A stretch of 63,987 nucleotides of DNA, the filler included, from Octopus bimaculoides (lineage: Eukaryota), in NCBI RefSeq assembly GCF_001194135.2. It is 9 parts of 9 records of this genome, joined end to end, with 100 filler letters (N's around TTAATTAATTAA, not from the genome) between each part and the next. Parts side by side here need not be neighbours in the genome. Positions count along the whole stretch, not along the records: positions 1 to 19,562 come from NC_069004.1; positions 19,663 to 30,178 come from NC_068997.1; 7 more parts are not named here. One strand, 5' to 3'. Positions 14,091-25,500 of this stretch are shown piece by piece (position 1 is the stretch's first letter; every line of letters begins with the position of its first letter). The notes beneath the pieces were generated by a model. The model saw nothing but the letters and a program-made list of their open reading frames with translations, did no database searches and had not been told where the DNA came from. The position numbers and the translations under genes are program-made.

Positions 14091-15692
14091 TCAAGGTTGA
14101 TATAGATCTAAACAATTTCAACACTGACCAGTTACTGACTGTACAAATGTCAAATACAACACATTTATTGATGTATTGGTCACATATCTAGTACAGTATT
14201 GTTGTTGTATTCAGAATTATCCTAGACTGCATTGAAAACAAAGGCCATTTTGACTTTTCTACAATCTTTGATCCTTGTACATGCTTTATCTTCTGTCAGT
14301 TATTTAGTTCAGATTAACAGAGACTTTCAGTGGAGTGGTTTCTGTGACAGCCCCTACTCCTCTGAAGTAGTTATCTGCTTCATGTTTCCACTCAACAGTC
14401 CACCTGTCTTTTTCCCCTTTTGTCATCTCATAAGTGTCTCAAACACTTTACAATTGTGCCCTTGTAAAATTTCTTTCAGCCCATGGATTTTCAATTAACT
14501 ATTCACACTGAATATTAACTGCTTTGATTGAATCATTTTGGGATGGCCTGTAAAGTCTTGGACTCTGACTTTTCTGTTTCTGACTAATTACATAAAAAAT
14601 GGCATATCACGGCAGCAGTTCTAGTGAACAGTCATTACCCTAAATGTATCTCACAGCAAGTCTGAGTATCTAAGGGAAATGGGTTTCAATGGTATAGCTA
14701 AATTATAAACATATGATTAGCTCAGTGCGAAGGAGGCAGGAGGAAATGAGGTCATGTCTATAACCAGACATTATATTATTGGTCAATGTTTGTAGATGTA
14801 GGATCCATTCAACATTGTTTCACAACATAGAAGGATGAAACATTAAACTAATGATGAAAGTGTCAAAGTGACAGTCATGACGACGACTGTGAAATAACTT
14901 TTGTTGTTATTTTAGCTGAGAAAGATTTTGTGTTGTAATGTGTTTTGTTGGCGTGTTGCTCTTTCAAGTCATTTAAATTTTGACAGCAACAGTTTTACAC
15001 ACAAAAATTCTCTACCTACTTTCCTCAATACATACTTGCCTTATTCCTTGAGGGTCTGTAAAATCAATTTTTATTTTTCATATTGTTCTCAAATTTCAAG
15101 GCAGAATTCCTCTTAAATAACAACTCGCTATGTACTTGAATGCCTCTTAAGAGGAAATTAATGTACTAAATGGTTTCAGATTATTGAAATTTAATTTGAT
15201 GAAAAGAATGTGATATCTAGGAGCAATAAATGTAAGAATTTACTTGTTTCTATTTCTCTTTTTTACTTCTTTTTTTCCGTTTTAGAAATCATTTCTTACT
15301 AGAATTCTTGGAGAAAAGAGGTATTAAAAATTAAAAATTCAAACACAGCAACAAGCCAATATACAATACAAGTAAACAACAAACAAGGTTTAATATACAT
15401 CACATTTTTGCAACCTACTCCTAATTATAGTCACTTTTTCCACTACTTAAATCAACTATTTCATTACATTGAAGTATTTAACTCCATACAATAGAGAGAA
15501 AAAAAATGTTGTTCTTGTCTCAGTCAAGACAGTGATTTCTTCATTTTCATTTCTGAAACGAAATAGAACTATTATGTATATTTAGATAGTTTTAGATTAT
15601 GTATATTTCAATAGTTTTACTGAATTTTATCTTGAATTATTGTATTTCTTGTTTGATGCCTTGTTCTGTTAGTGCCCCTTTATCACTTGTAG

Positions 15693-15846
15693 TATAGCTG
15701 AATGGCCAAGAATTTTGCTTCACAATCACAGAGTTGCAAATTCAGTCCCATTGAGTGGTATTTGGGGCAAGAGGCTTTTACCATATTCTTGGGTCAATAC
15801 AAGTTGTGAGTAAAAATAGGTAAACAGAAACTGTATGGAAGCCTAT
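15693..15846 (+). mobile_element. degenerate SINE-like repeat family D
   Basis: Similar to the reverse complement of 61532-61660 (CAGTCCCA..GGGCAAG..CAGAAACTG..GAAGCC). Confidence 0.5.
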
Positions 15847-17919
15847 TGGATAGATTTTATCTATAATTTAAAATCCAGCTTTGTCACATTGTTGCACTGG
15901 TTCTGCCTGAGAATTAGGTTAATTTTATACATGTCTGAGGAATACTCAACTCTGTAATCCAATCAATAGGTAATTCAGTTGATTGAACACCTGAATACTG
16001 AGTGTTGAAATCAATGGAAATCCATTTACATAATTTTATGAGCTGTGATTTGGTTCCACTGCTTTATCTGGTGTAATTAGGGATTTAAGGACTGCTGTAG
16101 TCTCTTGTTGTCATTGCTTACCCCTTGGTTATTCCAAGTAGATCTATGGCTACTTGTGATTTTTTTTTTTGTTTTTTTTTAGGCAGTGTGCATCCAAGTT
16201 CACATGTTCCAATGTGATTTTCTTCTTTAAGATGGTAGATTTGATATGAGGAAAATGTGGCTGCCATTTCTGTCAGGTTAAGTGACCACATAGAGCCTCT
16301 CTATTGGTTTGGGAGTCCACTTGTTAGCTCGCAAAGTTCCATCATTGACTTGTTGTAGAGCTCCCATTGTAATGTGAATATTGTGTAATGGTGAAGCTTT
16401 TTCTCAAGTCATTAGCATTTATGTATTTTGTATTTTTAAATACTTTTGCTAGGAATAACAAGTTTATAAAAACTGATTAGCTGATAAGTTATAAAGGAAC
16501 CTCTGGAAAGACTGAATGAGCAACTAGATCAGTTTACCATAGATAAAACTGTAGTGTGATAAAAGCAGGTATCTTAGAGAGTTTATAAAATATTAATAAA
16601 ATCACAAAGTGAACAGTCAGGAGAGACTTACTACTATATTCAGTCTACCTGACTGTAAATAGATTCCAAGACAAGAGGAAGATACAGTTCCCTGTTATCC
16701 TCAGTCTGCATAACTGTAAATAGCTACCATTGGGAAGTGTGCTTCACCACTGTACCCAGTCTGCCTAGCTGTGAATGAGTATTATGGCTACATACAATTC
16801 ACTTAGCTGAAATCTTCAGTGCCAACTGTTGAAATAGGTCATAGAATGTAAGTTTCTTGGAAATATTTTTGATTAAAATGCATCTCTTGTTAACTGTTTC
16901 ATGGAAGTATTAAATATAGTACACCTGACTTTGTCACCAAATTAGTTACCTGGATATCTGAAGTAGTCATTTCAACTGGTTGTTATCTGAAATTTGCTGA
17001 TGGTAGTTCACATTAATCTCACTCCTAATTGATATTATCTTTCCTTCATATATGTACACACACATACACACAGTTTGGTAATTAATGAAGCTAAGATCAT
17101 AACCTACTTTGTGGTCACATTTGGAACACCACTTATTCCCCTTTGGGAAAAAATATATGAATGCCACAAGTTCATTTTCCTGCTTGTAAATGTAATGGTA
17201 ATAATAAGATTTATTTAGTTAATTAGTTATGTAATTAGCTAATGAACTAACTTATCATCTCTGTTCAATGTGTGTGAGAGAGCATCCACACACAAAAATT
17301 ATGGCCTCTACATTGCTGGATTTATCTGCACTGTAGAAGCCATAAATATGAGGTGATGATCACCTCTATAAAAAACCAAGCCTTGAGGTGATATGAGAAG
17401 ATAAGCATTGGCATGACAGAAAAAATGTAAGTAGTGTTTTTATTGTTGTACATTCTTCTTTAAATCTGTAGGAAAACAAGACAATAACATAATTAGCCAT
17501 CCACAGCTTCAATAAAACAAATTCAGACTACAGCATTATGTGCAAAATCATGAAATATTCTAAACCTAACAAAATGGGAATATGTTTGGATTTGTGCAAA
17601 GAGAAGGAAAATTCTCAAAAATCTCCATATACAGGATCTCTATTTAAACATTAAATCAGAAATGAATGAAAAATGCAGAGACTTCAAAAACCACTTGTTA
17701 CAGAATAAAAAAAAAAAACTGCCTTCACCAGGTTAAAACCACTCAATGCATGGGCACCTAAAATTGTTTCACTTTATTGTTTTCATCTTTGTTCTCTTTC
17801 ATCTTCTACCTTTTATTTCCCCCACCACAACTATGTTCCTCCTCCCATCTTCTTATGACATTTCAACATCCCTTAATTCGACATAACAAATTTGCACAAC
17901 CTTTTTCAGGAAAAAGTAT

Positions 17920-18703
17920 TTTACCAGTTTGCCAACATTCCACTAGCTTGTCAATGACTTGACGGTAGAAATCACTGGATGTTGACTCGGAAAATTCATC
18001 AACCCATGCTTTTAGCTCCACTCCACCATTGAACAGACTGCTGTGTCACTGGTTGGGTTGTTTCCGGTTTATAGTTTGTTGAACCAATGCATTTGCTAAA
18101 CATAAAACTCTGCATTGACTATGTAGTTATTTTCAAGCATTTTATTGTGGATTAGCTCTTTGCAATCCCACCAAACACAGATCATTGTCTTGTGTGGATA
18201 CAGCTCTGCTTGTCACTTGGTTGTCGGGAGTCAGCCATTCTTTCTTCTCCTTCATATTGACATAAAGACAGCATTCTTCATTACTGGTTTGTGTTCATGA
18301 GTAACCTGGTGTCAAGCAAGCAAACTGGTGGCAGTAGAGGAATGCTGGAATTTGACTCTTTTGTTCAGAGTACATGGTCCTGTGCATCAAGTTTTTGAAG
18401 GTGACAAGCAATGGTATCATGAGAGAACTTCATCTACTTGGCCAACTTCCTAATGGATTGGATCTCATTCAGTTGATCCTCATTGAACTAAACAGGTTAG
18501 CCAAAATTAGGAGAGTCTGCGAGATGGAATTTCCCCTCCTTGAATCGTAAAATGTATTCTTATGCAGTTCTTTTGGTAATAGCATCTTCTCTATATGCAG
18601 CACAGATGTCTCACATGACTGGTATTTTGGAACATTGATTGAAAGCAAAGAGAAAGCAGGTGTCAAAAATGGTCATTTTTTTTTTTTCTGCTTGGTCCTC
18701 CAT
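17920..18703 (-). mobile_element. decayed mariner transposase with internal deletion
   Basis: Starts MEDQAEKK.DHF.HLL. Further motifs: CLYVNMKEKKEWL, HPxKTMICVWWDCKELIH, and the C-terminal LKAWVDEF..SDFYRQVIDKLVECWQ. The HDNA/YSPDLAP block is missing. Confidence 0.8.
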
Positions 18704-18799
18704 TGTCATATGACTGAAAAAAAAGGCAAAATTTATTCAAATTTCAAAAACCAATAAACAAAAGTTTTAGAGGAAGAATAGAGCTACAAAAAGAAAAAC

Positions 18800-18960
18800 A
18801 TAAAATGGAGTGGAGTGAATGATGTGAACACAGAATACTGAAAACACAATTTCCGCTGGGTCAGACATATTGCAAGATTCACAAACAACAGGTGGACTCA
18901 CGCACTTGTCAAGTGATATCTAAGAGATTGGAATTGACCACTCAGAAGGCCTCTAAGACA
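18800..18960 (+). mobile_element. RTE-type LINE 3' coding fragment
   Basis: Reads FRWVRHIARFTNNRWTHALVK*YLRDWN*PLRRPL, matching the RTE C-terminal 'RWAGH.AR..D.RWT....W.P...KR..GRP' motif. Confidence 0.65.
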
Positions 18961-19072
18961 ATAGAAATATATTTCAGTTAAATGATTTGGAACAAGATGG
19001 GAACAAATTACACAATCAAGAAAGAATTACATTATTTACATTTGACGGATATTTGTCCTCATCTTGTTTGTT

Positions 19073-19118
19073 GTTAACACGTTTCAGCTGATATACCTTC
19101 CAGCCTTCACCAGGTGTC
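19073..19118 (-). ncRNA. hammerhead-like motif (left arm of palindrome), A6G core change
   Basis: Minus strand: GACAC-CTGGTGA-A-GGCTG-GAAGGTATAT-CAGCT-GAAA-CGTGTTAAC. Confidence 0.5.
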
Positions 19119-19333
19119 TTGGGGAAATTTCGAACCTGAGTTCTCATTCCTAAGGTATTTTTTGATGTTGTCGTTGTTATTATTGTTCACTGCCTGGAAT
19201 CGAACTCGGAATCTTGGGGTTAAGAGCGCAAGCTACTAACCCCAAGATTCTGAGTTCAATTCCAGGCAGTGACCTGAATAATAACATCGAAAAATACCTT
19301 AGGAATGAGAACCCAGGATCGAAATTTCCCCAA

Positions 19334-19379
19334 GACACCTGATGTAGGCTGGCGGGTATATCAGCTGAAACGTGTTAAC
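19334..19379 (+). ncRNA. hammerhead-like motif (right arm of palindrome), A9U core change
   Basis: GACAC-CTGATGT-A-GGCTG-GCGGGTATAT-CAGCT-GAAA-CGTGTTAAC. Confidence 0.5.
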
Positions 19380-19662
19380 AACAAACATGATGAGGAGAAA
19401 TATCCGTCAAATGTAAATAATGTACATAATTCCTCATCTCTTAAATATAGAACTGAAGAAAGAATTAGAAGTGCATTGTGGCCATCTATGTATAACAATA
19501 TCAGATACTTTAGCTGAGACAATGATGTATATATGTGTCTGTGTATATATATATATATATATNNNNNNNNNNNNNNNNNNNNNNNNNNNNNNNNNNNNNN
19601 NNNNNNTTAATTAATTAANNNNNNNNNNNNNNNNNNNNNNNNNNNNNNNNNNNNNNNNNNNN

Positions 19663-19711
<49 letters not shown>

Positions 19712-20668
19712 CACACACATGTATGTATGTATGTATGTATGTATGTATGTATGTATGTACGTATATAATTTTATCCACGTGTATGTGTATATGTAGACAT
19801 TTGTGCTTATGTTTGTGGTTATATTTAGTGCAGTTGTAACTCCCCAATAATGTTCTATAATTAATCCCTCTAAAGGGAAGACAGCTCTAGTCTTTGTTGC
19901 CTTCAAACTGTACCCATTTACGACAAAAGCTTAGCAGATAAATCCGGATTTGAAATCCCTAAAACAGTACTGAATTTTTTAAAGCATTTTGTTAATTCCT
20001 GTTGAAGCTATATTAGTATTTAACATTCTCTTCGAATTATCTAGCCTTGTCGTGTGGGAGAACTTGATGCTTATGCAACAATGTGGTACTTATACTATTC
20101 TACTTATGAAGCTTCTACGTGCTCACTGAATAAGCTAGAAATAGGTCAACAAACCTCCTGAAATACCTATTTCCATGAAATGGCCTATTGCCATGAAAAT
20201 TGAAGGTCACGAAGTCTTAGCTACGCAAGGTCAAACAGAAGAAGAGGATTCTTTCTTTTACGTTTTTATGGATTTCAGTTATTGATTGGACTGCGAGCAT
20301 GTTGGGACAACGCCTTCCTTTAATAAATTTTGTGAAAAATGTCAGCGCTTATTTCATTCTGAGAGGTAATATTTATTCCCACTTAAGCGTGGGTGTTCTA
20401 TAAGAACAAACTATACTGTGGTAGTTACCACGAGAGAATCTTTCGTATTGGTTTAGTGCATTTGCACCAAAAACCAATATGAGAGTTTCTCTCATGGCAT
20501 CTTCTGCAGTATAATTTGTTCTAACTGAACACCAACGTTTAAGTGAGGATAAATATTACCCTTCGATATTAATACTACCTCAGTCACTAATAAATATTAT
20601 TTCATTCTGGTTACAGGGACACGCGCGCTCACAGACAAACATTCATTTTTGTTACCCTTGTGTTGCTG

Positions 20669-20699
<31 letters not shown>

Positions 20700-20719
20700 C
20701 ATACATACATGTGTGTAAA

Positions 20720-22011
20720 TACAAGCAGGTTGTCCCGAAATTAAGGCAAAGTAGGTATAAGTTCTTTATTTACTGACGTAGGTGGCTCAAATTGTTCATC
20801 TGAACGTCCTATGTCGTTTGAGTAATTCTTTTTCTGTTGTAACTCTTCTTCCTCTTCTTCATCACAGGCAAGCAATGGGATCCAAACAGAAACTACGTGG
20901 TATCATTGAGTTCCTGACGGAGGAGAGTTGCAGACTGTCTGACATCGAAAAAAGTCTTTATGTTGTTTATGGAGATGACAACGTTGACCAGAGCAATATA
21001 CACAGAAGGATAGTGATTGCTAAAGATGGAGAAATAAGCATTGAAGATAAACCAGTCAGTCGGAGACATTGCAGATAAACCAGGCAGTGCGGTTACAATT
21101 CGCGTAATACATTTCAAAAGATGGTGGAAGATTTCGGATATCAGAATATGCATACTAAGTGAGTGTCTCAGCAGTTGACATCCGATTTGAAGGTAAGACG
21201 GGTGATATCTATTTTGAACTGCTGGGAACGTTTAAAGCCAGTGAAGACAGCTTTTTCTGTTCTGAGTTAAGATAAAAAGTGGCTTTGTCTGGAAACGTTG
21301 AAATGGCTTCTAGGCAGAAACTACGTGCCATCATTGAGTTGCTGACGAAGAAGGATTGCAGGGCTCAAATGGCATTACACCTCTTCTACATGACTAAAAA
21401 TGATGAAGAGTTAGCAATCGACACAGAAAGCCATGATGACCTCTTATGAGGAATGACAAGAGCTTGTTCTCGAACATTGTCCGAAACGTAGTTGTACCGT
21501 GACCAGCCAGCGGTACACTGAGGCATAAAAAAATGTTAGAGAAGCCATTGGGAGGAGGGAATCTGAAGACATTCCACATTCACCATAACAATGCCTGACC
21601 ACTCACATCACGGGCAACTAATCACGCAGTTGGCGTAAGGTTGGGCAGCAGCTCACAATCCACTGCATTACCCGAATCTAGCGCACTCCCGCCTCTGTGT
21701 TCAGGCCAATGAAGGACAATTTTTGAAGACTACGATATGAGACAAACGTGGTTACAGAGGCCCTGAAGAAAGAGGTACAACGGTGCACATCTAAATATTT
21801 TAAGGAATCTTGAACTTGATTCGAGCATGAAAATGATTTAGATCTCATATAGAAGCAGTTGTTGAAACTAAAGGTGGCTTTATTGGATAACATTATAGAA
21901 AAGAAGGTTTATTTTTATCCTCATTTTTTGATAAATAAAGTTATCACCTGTTATTATATATCTGTTTTTTATAAACATAAATCTGTCCTCAAATATCTTA
22001 TGCACCCTGTA
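20720..22011 (+). mobile_element. composite decayed Tc1/mariner element
   Basis: MGSKQKLRGIIEFL..VYGDDNVDQSNIHR..KDGEISIEDKP from 20875; HHNNA*P (about 21580, LHHDNARP-like); LAH..VFRPMK; a Tc1-like end 'IEAVVETKGGF'; and a right end ...CTTATGCACCCTGTA (TIR-like + TA). Confidence 0.75.
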
Positions 22012-22014
22012 TGG

Positions 22015-22397
22015 ATGGAGAGCCCAGTTAGAATTTTCTTTTCTTTGTGTTGAGTAGCCCACCCTGCTCAAAAGGTCCCTGAATGAGGCTTGTTTAAAGA
22101 TTATGAACGAAACACTGTTTCCAGTGGTGAATTTTTGAAACCCCAAAGAATGTCGACACATGGCTATGATGCTCCCCAACAAGTCTTGCTCATGTTCGGA
22201 GATGAACATATCGTCAGCCACCAAAGGACATGCTCAACTGCTTAAGGTCAAGCAACTGACAAGCAAATCTGTGGTATTGAACAGAATATTCGCGGTAGCC
22301 CATCTTTTACACCAAGACAAAACATGTACATGATAACACTTACAATCAGTTAAGAACAGAAGCTATGCGAGCTACTGCCAGGTACTGCATCAGTGCA

Positions 22398-22400
<3 letters not shown>
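22015..22400 (-). mobile_element. dispersed repeat family F (copy 1)
   Basis: Collinear homology to 52430-52812; it abuts an (ATC)n/(ATT)n tract. Confidence 0.8.
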
Positions 22401-22461
<61 letters not shown>

Positions 22462-22469
22462 CCATCATC

Positions 22470-22540
<71 letters not shown>

Positions 22541-22556
22541 CATTATTATTATTATT
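22398..22556. repeat. (ATC)n(ATT)n microsatellite
   Basis: Directly visible; it explains the poly-I/S/L/N/D ORFs. Confidence 0.95.
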
Positions 22557-25500
22557 CGTTAAAAATTGGACGTATTCAACATATTTCGTTCGATAAAAGT
22601 AATAACGTGATTCCCCTTTCTTTCTTCCGTGAATTAAAAGATATGTGTTCAGTTCGTTGTTTGATTGCATTTTGTTTTGAATAATGCATGAAGAAGTTGT
22701 AGCTGGGAAGAATATTTTTATCACTATTTCTAAAGGTTGCCTGCTTTTTGTTGTGTTTAAATGGTTATTTAATTCATTATGAATTGTCCATGTCTTTCGA
22801 TTGAAAAAATACCGACTGTAGCTATGTGAGTGCGCTTAGATGCAATCAAATTAGAAGAGCAGATAAGAACTAGATGGTAATCTATTAAAATTCCATACTT
22901 TTTGAATCCCGTAATTGATAAAAAGAAATTTCGCGGGGAATCTAGTAATTAATTAAAACATTTATTTATCTTAGTTTAATCTGAAAACGGTAAATTTATT
23001 AAAGAAAATCGGGATAAAGTAAAAGATATGAAATAATGATTAAATCCAAGAAGCGATGCTATATAACTATAGTGTGCTTCATTGTATAACCACATGTGAC
23101 TACTAATATAAACAATAATTCATACTAATATAAAAACTTTTTCATTGATATCAATATTAGTATGAAATGGTGTAGGCACAAGTAACACAAAGTTTACATT
23201 TTGTCTCTAATGTAGCAATAACATAGATTTTATATTAACCAATACTTTTCTACGCAGTCAATATTAAAATGGCTGTATCTACAGAGAAATGACAAACATC
23301 TGATAGTAAGTATTATAGGATTATAGAGTTGATGTTATACAGTAAGATTTAGAGTAACAATGACAATGGTCGTCAGGAACTAGTTTCAAAATGTTGATGT
23401 GAACATAGGGTTGAGGATCGGTAAGAATTAAGGGATTTGAAAGAACTGAGAAATGTCGGGAATCTCATGAAAGAGATTTCTTTAAAAATTAAATTGAAAC
23501 ATGGCTTCTGTGTTCAGTGGTGTAGGATTCTTTTAGTGCAGAATGTTTTTATTAATCTCTCACATGCGTCGTACTCGCCTTGACATGGACAAGAGGATTT
23601 AATATTTCATTTCGGAATGAAAAATCCCTAATTCTAATACAGACTGTCAAGGAATTTATAATGAGATAAACAGAAATAATTACTAAAAACCAATTAACAT
23701 AGAAAATAAGGGGAAAAAACTTCAGGAAATAACCCTTAACGGGTAAATAGGATTACATATTCATCAGTGAAATTCAATGAAATTTTTGTACTTTGCTACA
23801 AGTTACGTTCAACTGGTCATCGCCAAAAGTAAGAAAGAAGTGACTTATAATTATCTAAATCCTGCAAAATTAGTAAGATGAAGAGGGTTGATCGGATAGA
23901 AATAAAAACTTGAAAATCATCATAGAAATTATTTACAGTTTGGCAAATGTAATCCAGAACCCTTTTCATGAAAAGAAATTCTTCCAAATCTTGTCCCGCA
24001 TTTCATAAATGAACTTCCAATCTTTCTCAGCCTGAAGAACCATCCACATTTTCAGTAAAACTGACCTCTGGCGATTTTCGCTAGGGAAGAACAAACACGT
24101 AAAAATCTAATTAGAAAATTGCATACGAGATTTTTCTTCGGTGGAAACGCCAACCATAAGACAATTCCTTCTTTTAATAAATGTCTTAAACTACATAGTC
24201 TATGTCTTTATTTTTTGCTGGAAACTAACTTGTGGAGATGTTTCTTTTGTGAAATGGCTGACTTGAAATAAAAGGACAATATTAGTCACATGTATTTAAC
24301 AAAAATAAAAATTAATAAATAGATAGTTTCTTTTAACAGAAATGATGACGTAGTTTCTTACTGTCAAGAATTCAAATAAATAAGAATTCGCAGCAACTAC
24401 TGAGTTTTAAAAATTAAATTCAAAATTAACATTGTTAATATAAAATTTTTTAAATAAATAATAAAAAATATTCTTTTAAATAAATAATAAAAAAAGATTC
24501 TTAAAAGAATAGAAAAAAAATCATCTCAAAAGCAGCGTTTCCTCCGAAGAAAAATCAAATTCAAAATTAGCTTTAATATAAAAATATTAAAGAAAATCTT
24601 TTCTCCCTCAGGAAATAATGCGCCGAAATTCATCGCGGCCCTCATTATTTTCTTTTTTACAAAATAATAAAACTAACATTCCTCAACTTTTAAATGGAAA
24701 TTTATTACAAATAGAAATAATACCTTTGATGAGAGTGATGTGTTTGTTTATTTTTGCAAAACAAATAAAATTTTAGCTTAATATTTGCTAATGCTGGTCT
24801 CAAGGCAATTTCAGTTTTCTTAACACTGGAGCGAATTTTAGTTTTAATTTCACTCAACACCAAAAATGCTGATTCAGACAATTATATTGTGACAAATGGT
24901 GGAAGGGTTTCAATTAGTAGTTTGGACAACATTGGTAATTCAGTACGATTACCAAACCAAATAGTATTTAAGGTTTTTCCACAGAAAAGTTAATGTCTAG
25001 GATGTTCTGTATATTCTTCCCGAGCTTTAATGGCTGATGTTTTATGCACACTATTTCAACGTTTTTAATTTATTATTTTCTGTTTTGCATTTCCATATCC
25101 TTAATTGTTTTCATGAAGACTTAAGTTTTATATTTAAGTAGGAAAATATTAACGTTCTTTCCTTGTTGAGACATATTAAGTTCATTATTTTTTTTAATCA
25201 TCCCACAGTAGCATAATGTCCATAACCAGTTATCCCAACAAGAATATCATGACATGACTTCATTTTTCAGTTCTAACTATTTTAAAATTCGTCCATTTGA
25301 GAGCCATTACACTTTTGTTCTGAATAAAGTTTACTGAAATTCGATTCCATTTTATTATAGATTTGCGAGGAGGTAGCTAATGAGTGTACGATTTTTAATA
25401 AGTTAATAATCTAAATTGCATCTTGTAATGCTTTATTCAGCACTGAAAATATTTCTTAAGCACTAACGCAACTCTGTGAATTATGCAGTGAATGACAATA

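Larger units (their letters stand above)
19028..19424. repeat. about 400-bp palindrome: head-to-head inverted pair of a tRNA-headed element
   Basis: 19028-19222 is the near-exact reverse complement of 19237-19424, with a 14-nt spacer AGAGCGCAAGCTAC (19223-19236). Both arms carry B-box-like GAGTTCRATTCC. Confidence 0.92.

Noticed and set aside
16630-16785. CRISPR array
   Set aside because: The context is eukaryotic, there are only three degenerate repeats, and no cas genes are present.
19217-19270. Functional tRNA gene
   Set aside because: The 5' acceptor stem and most of the A-box are absent, and it runs into a repeat body, so it is a SINE head.
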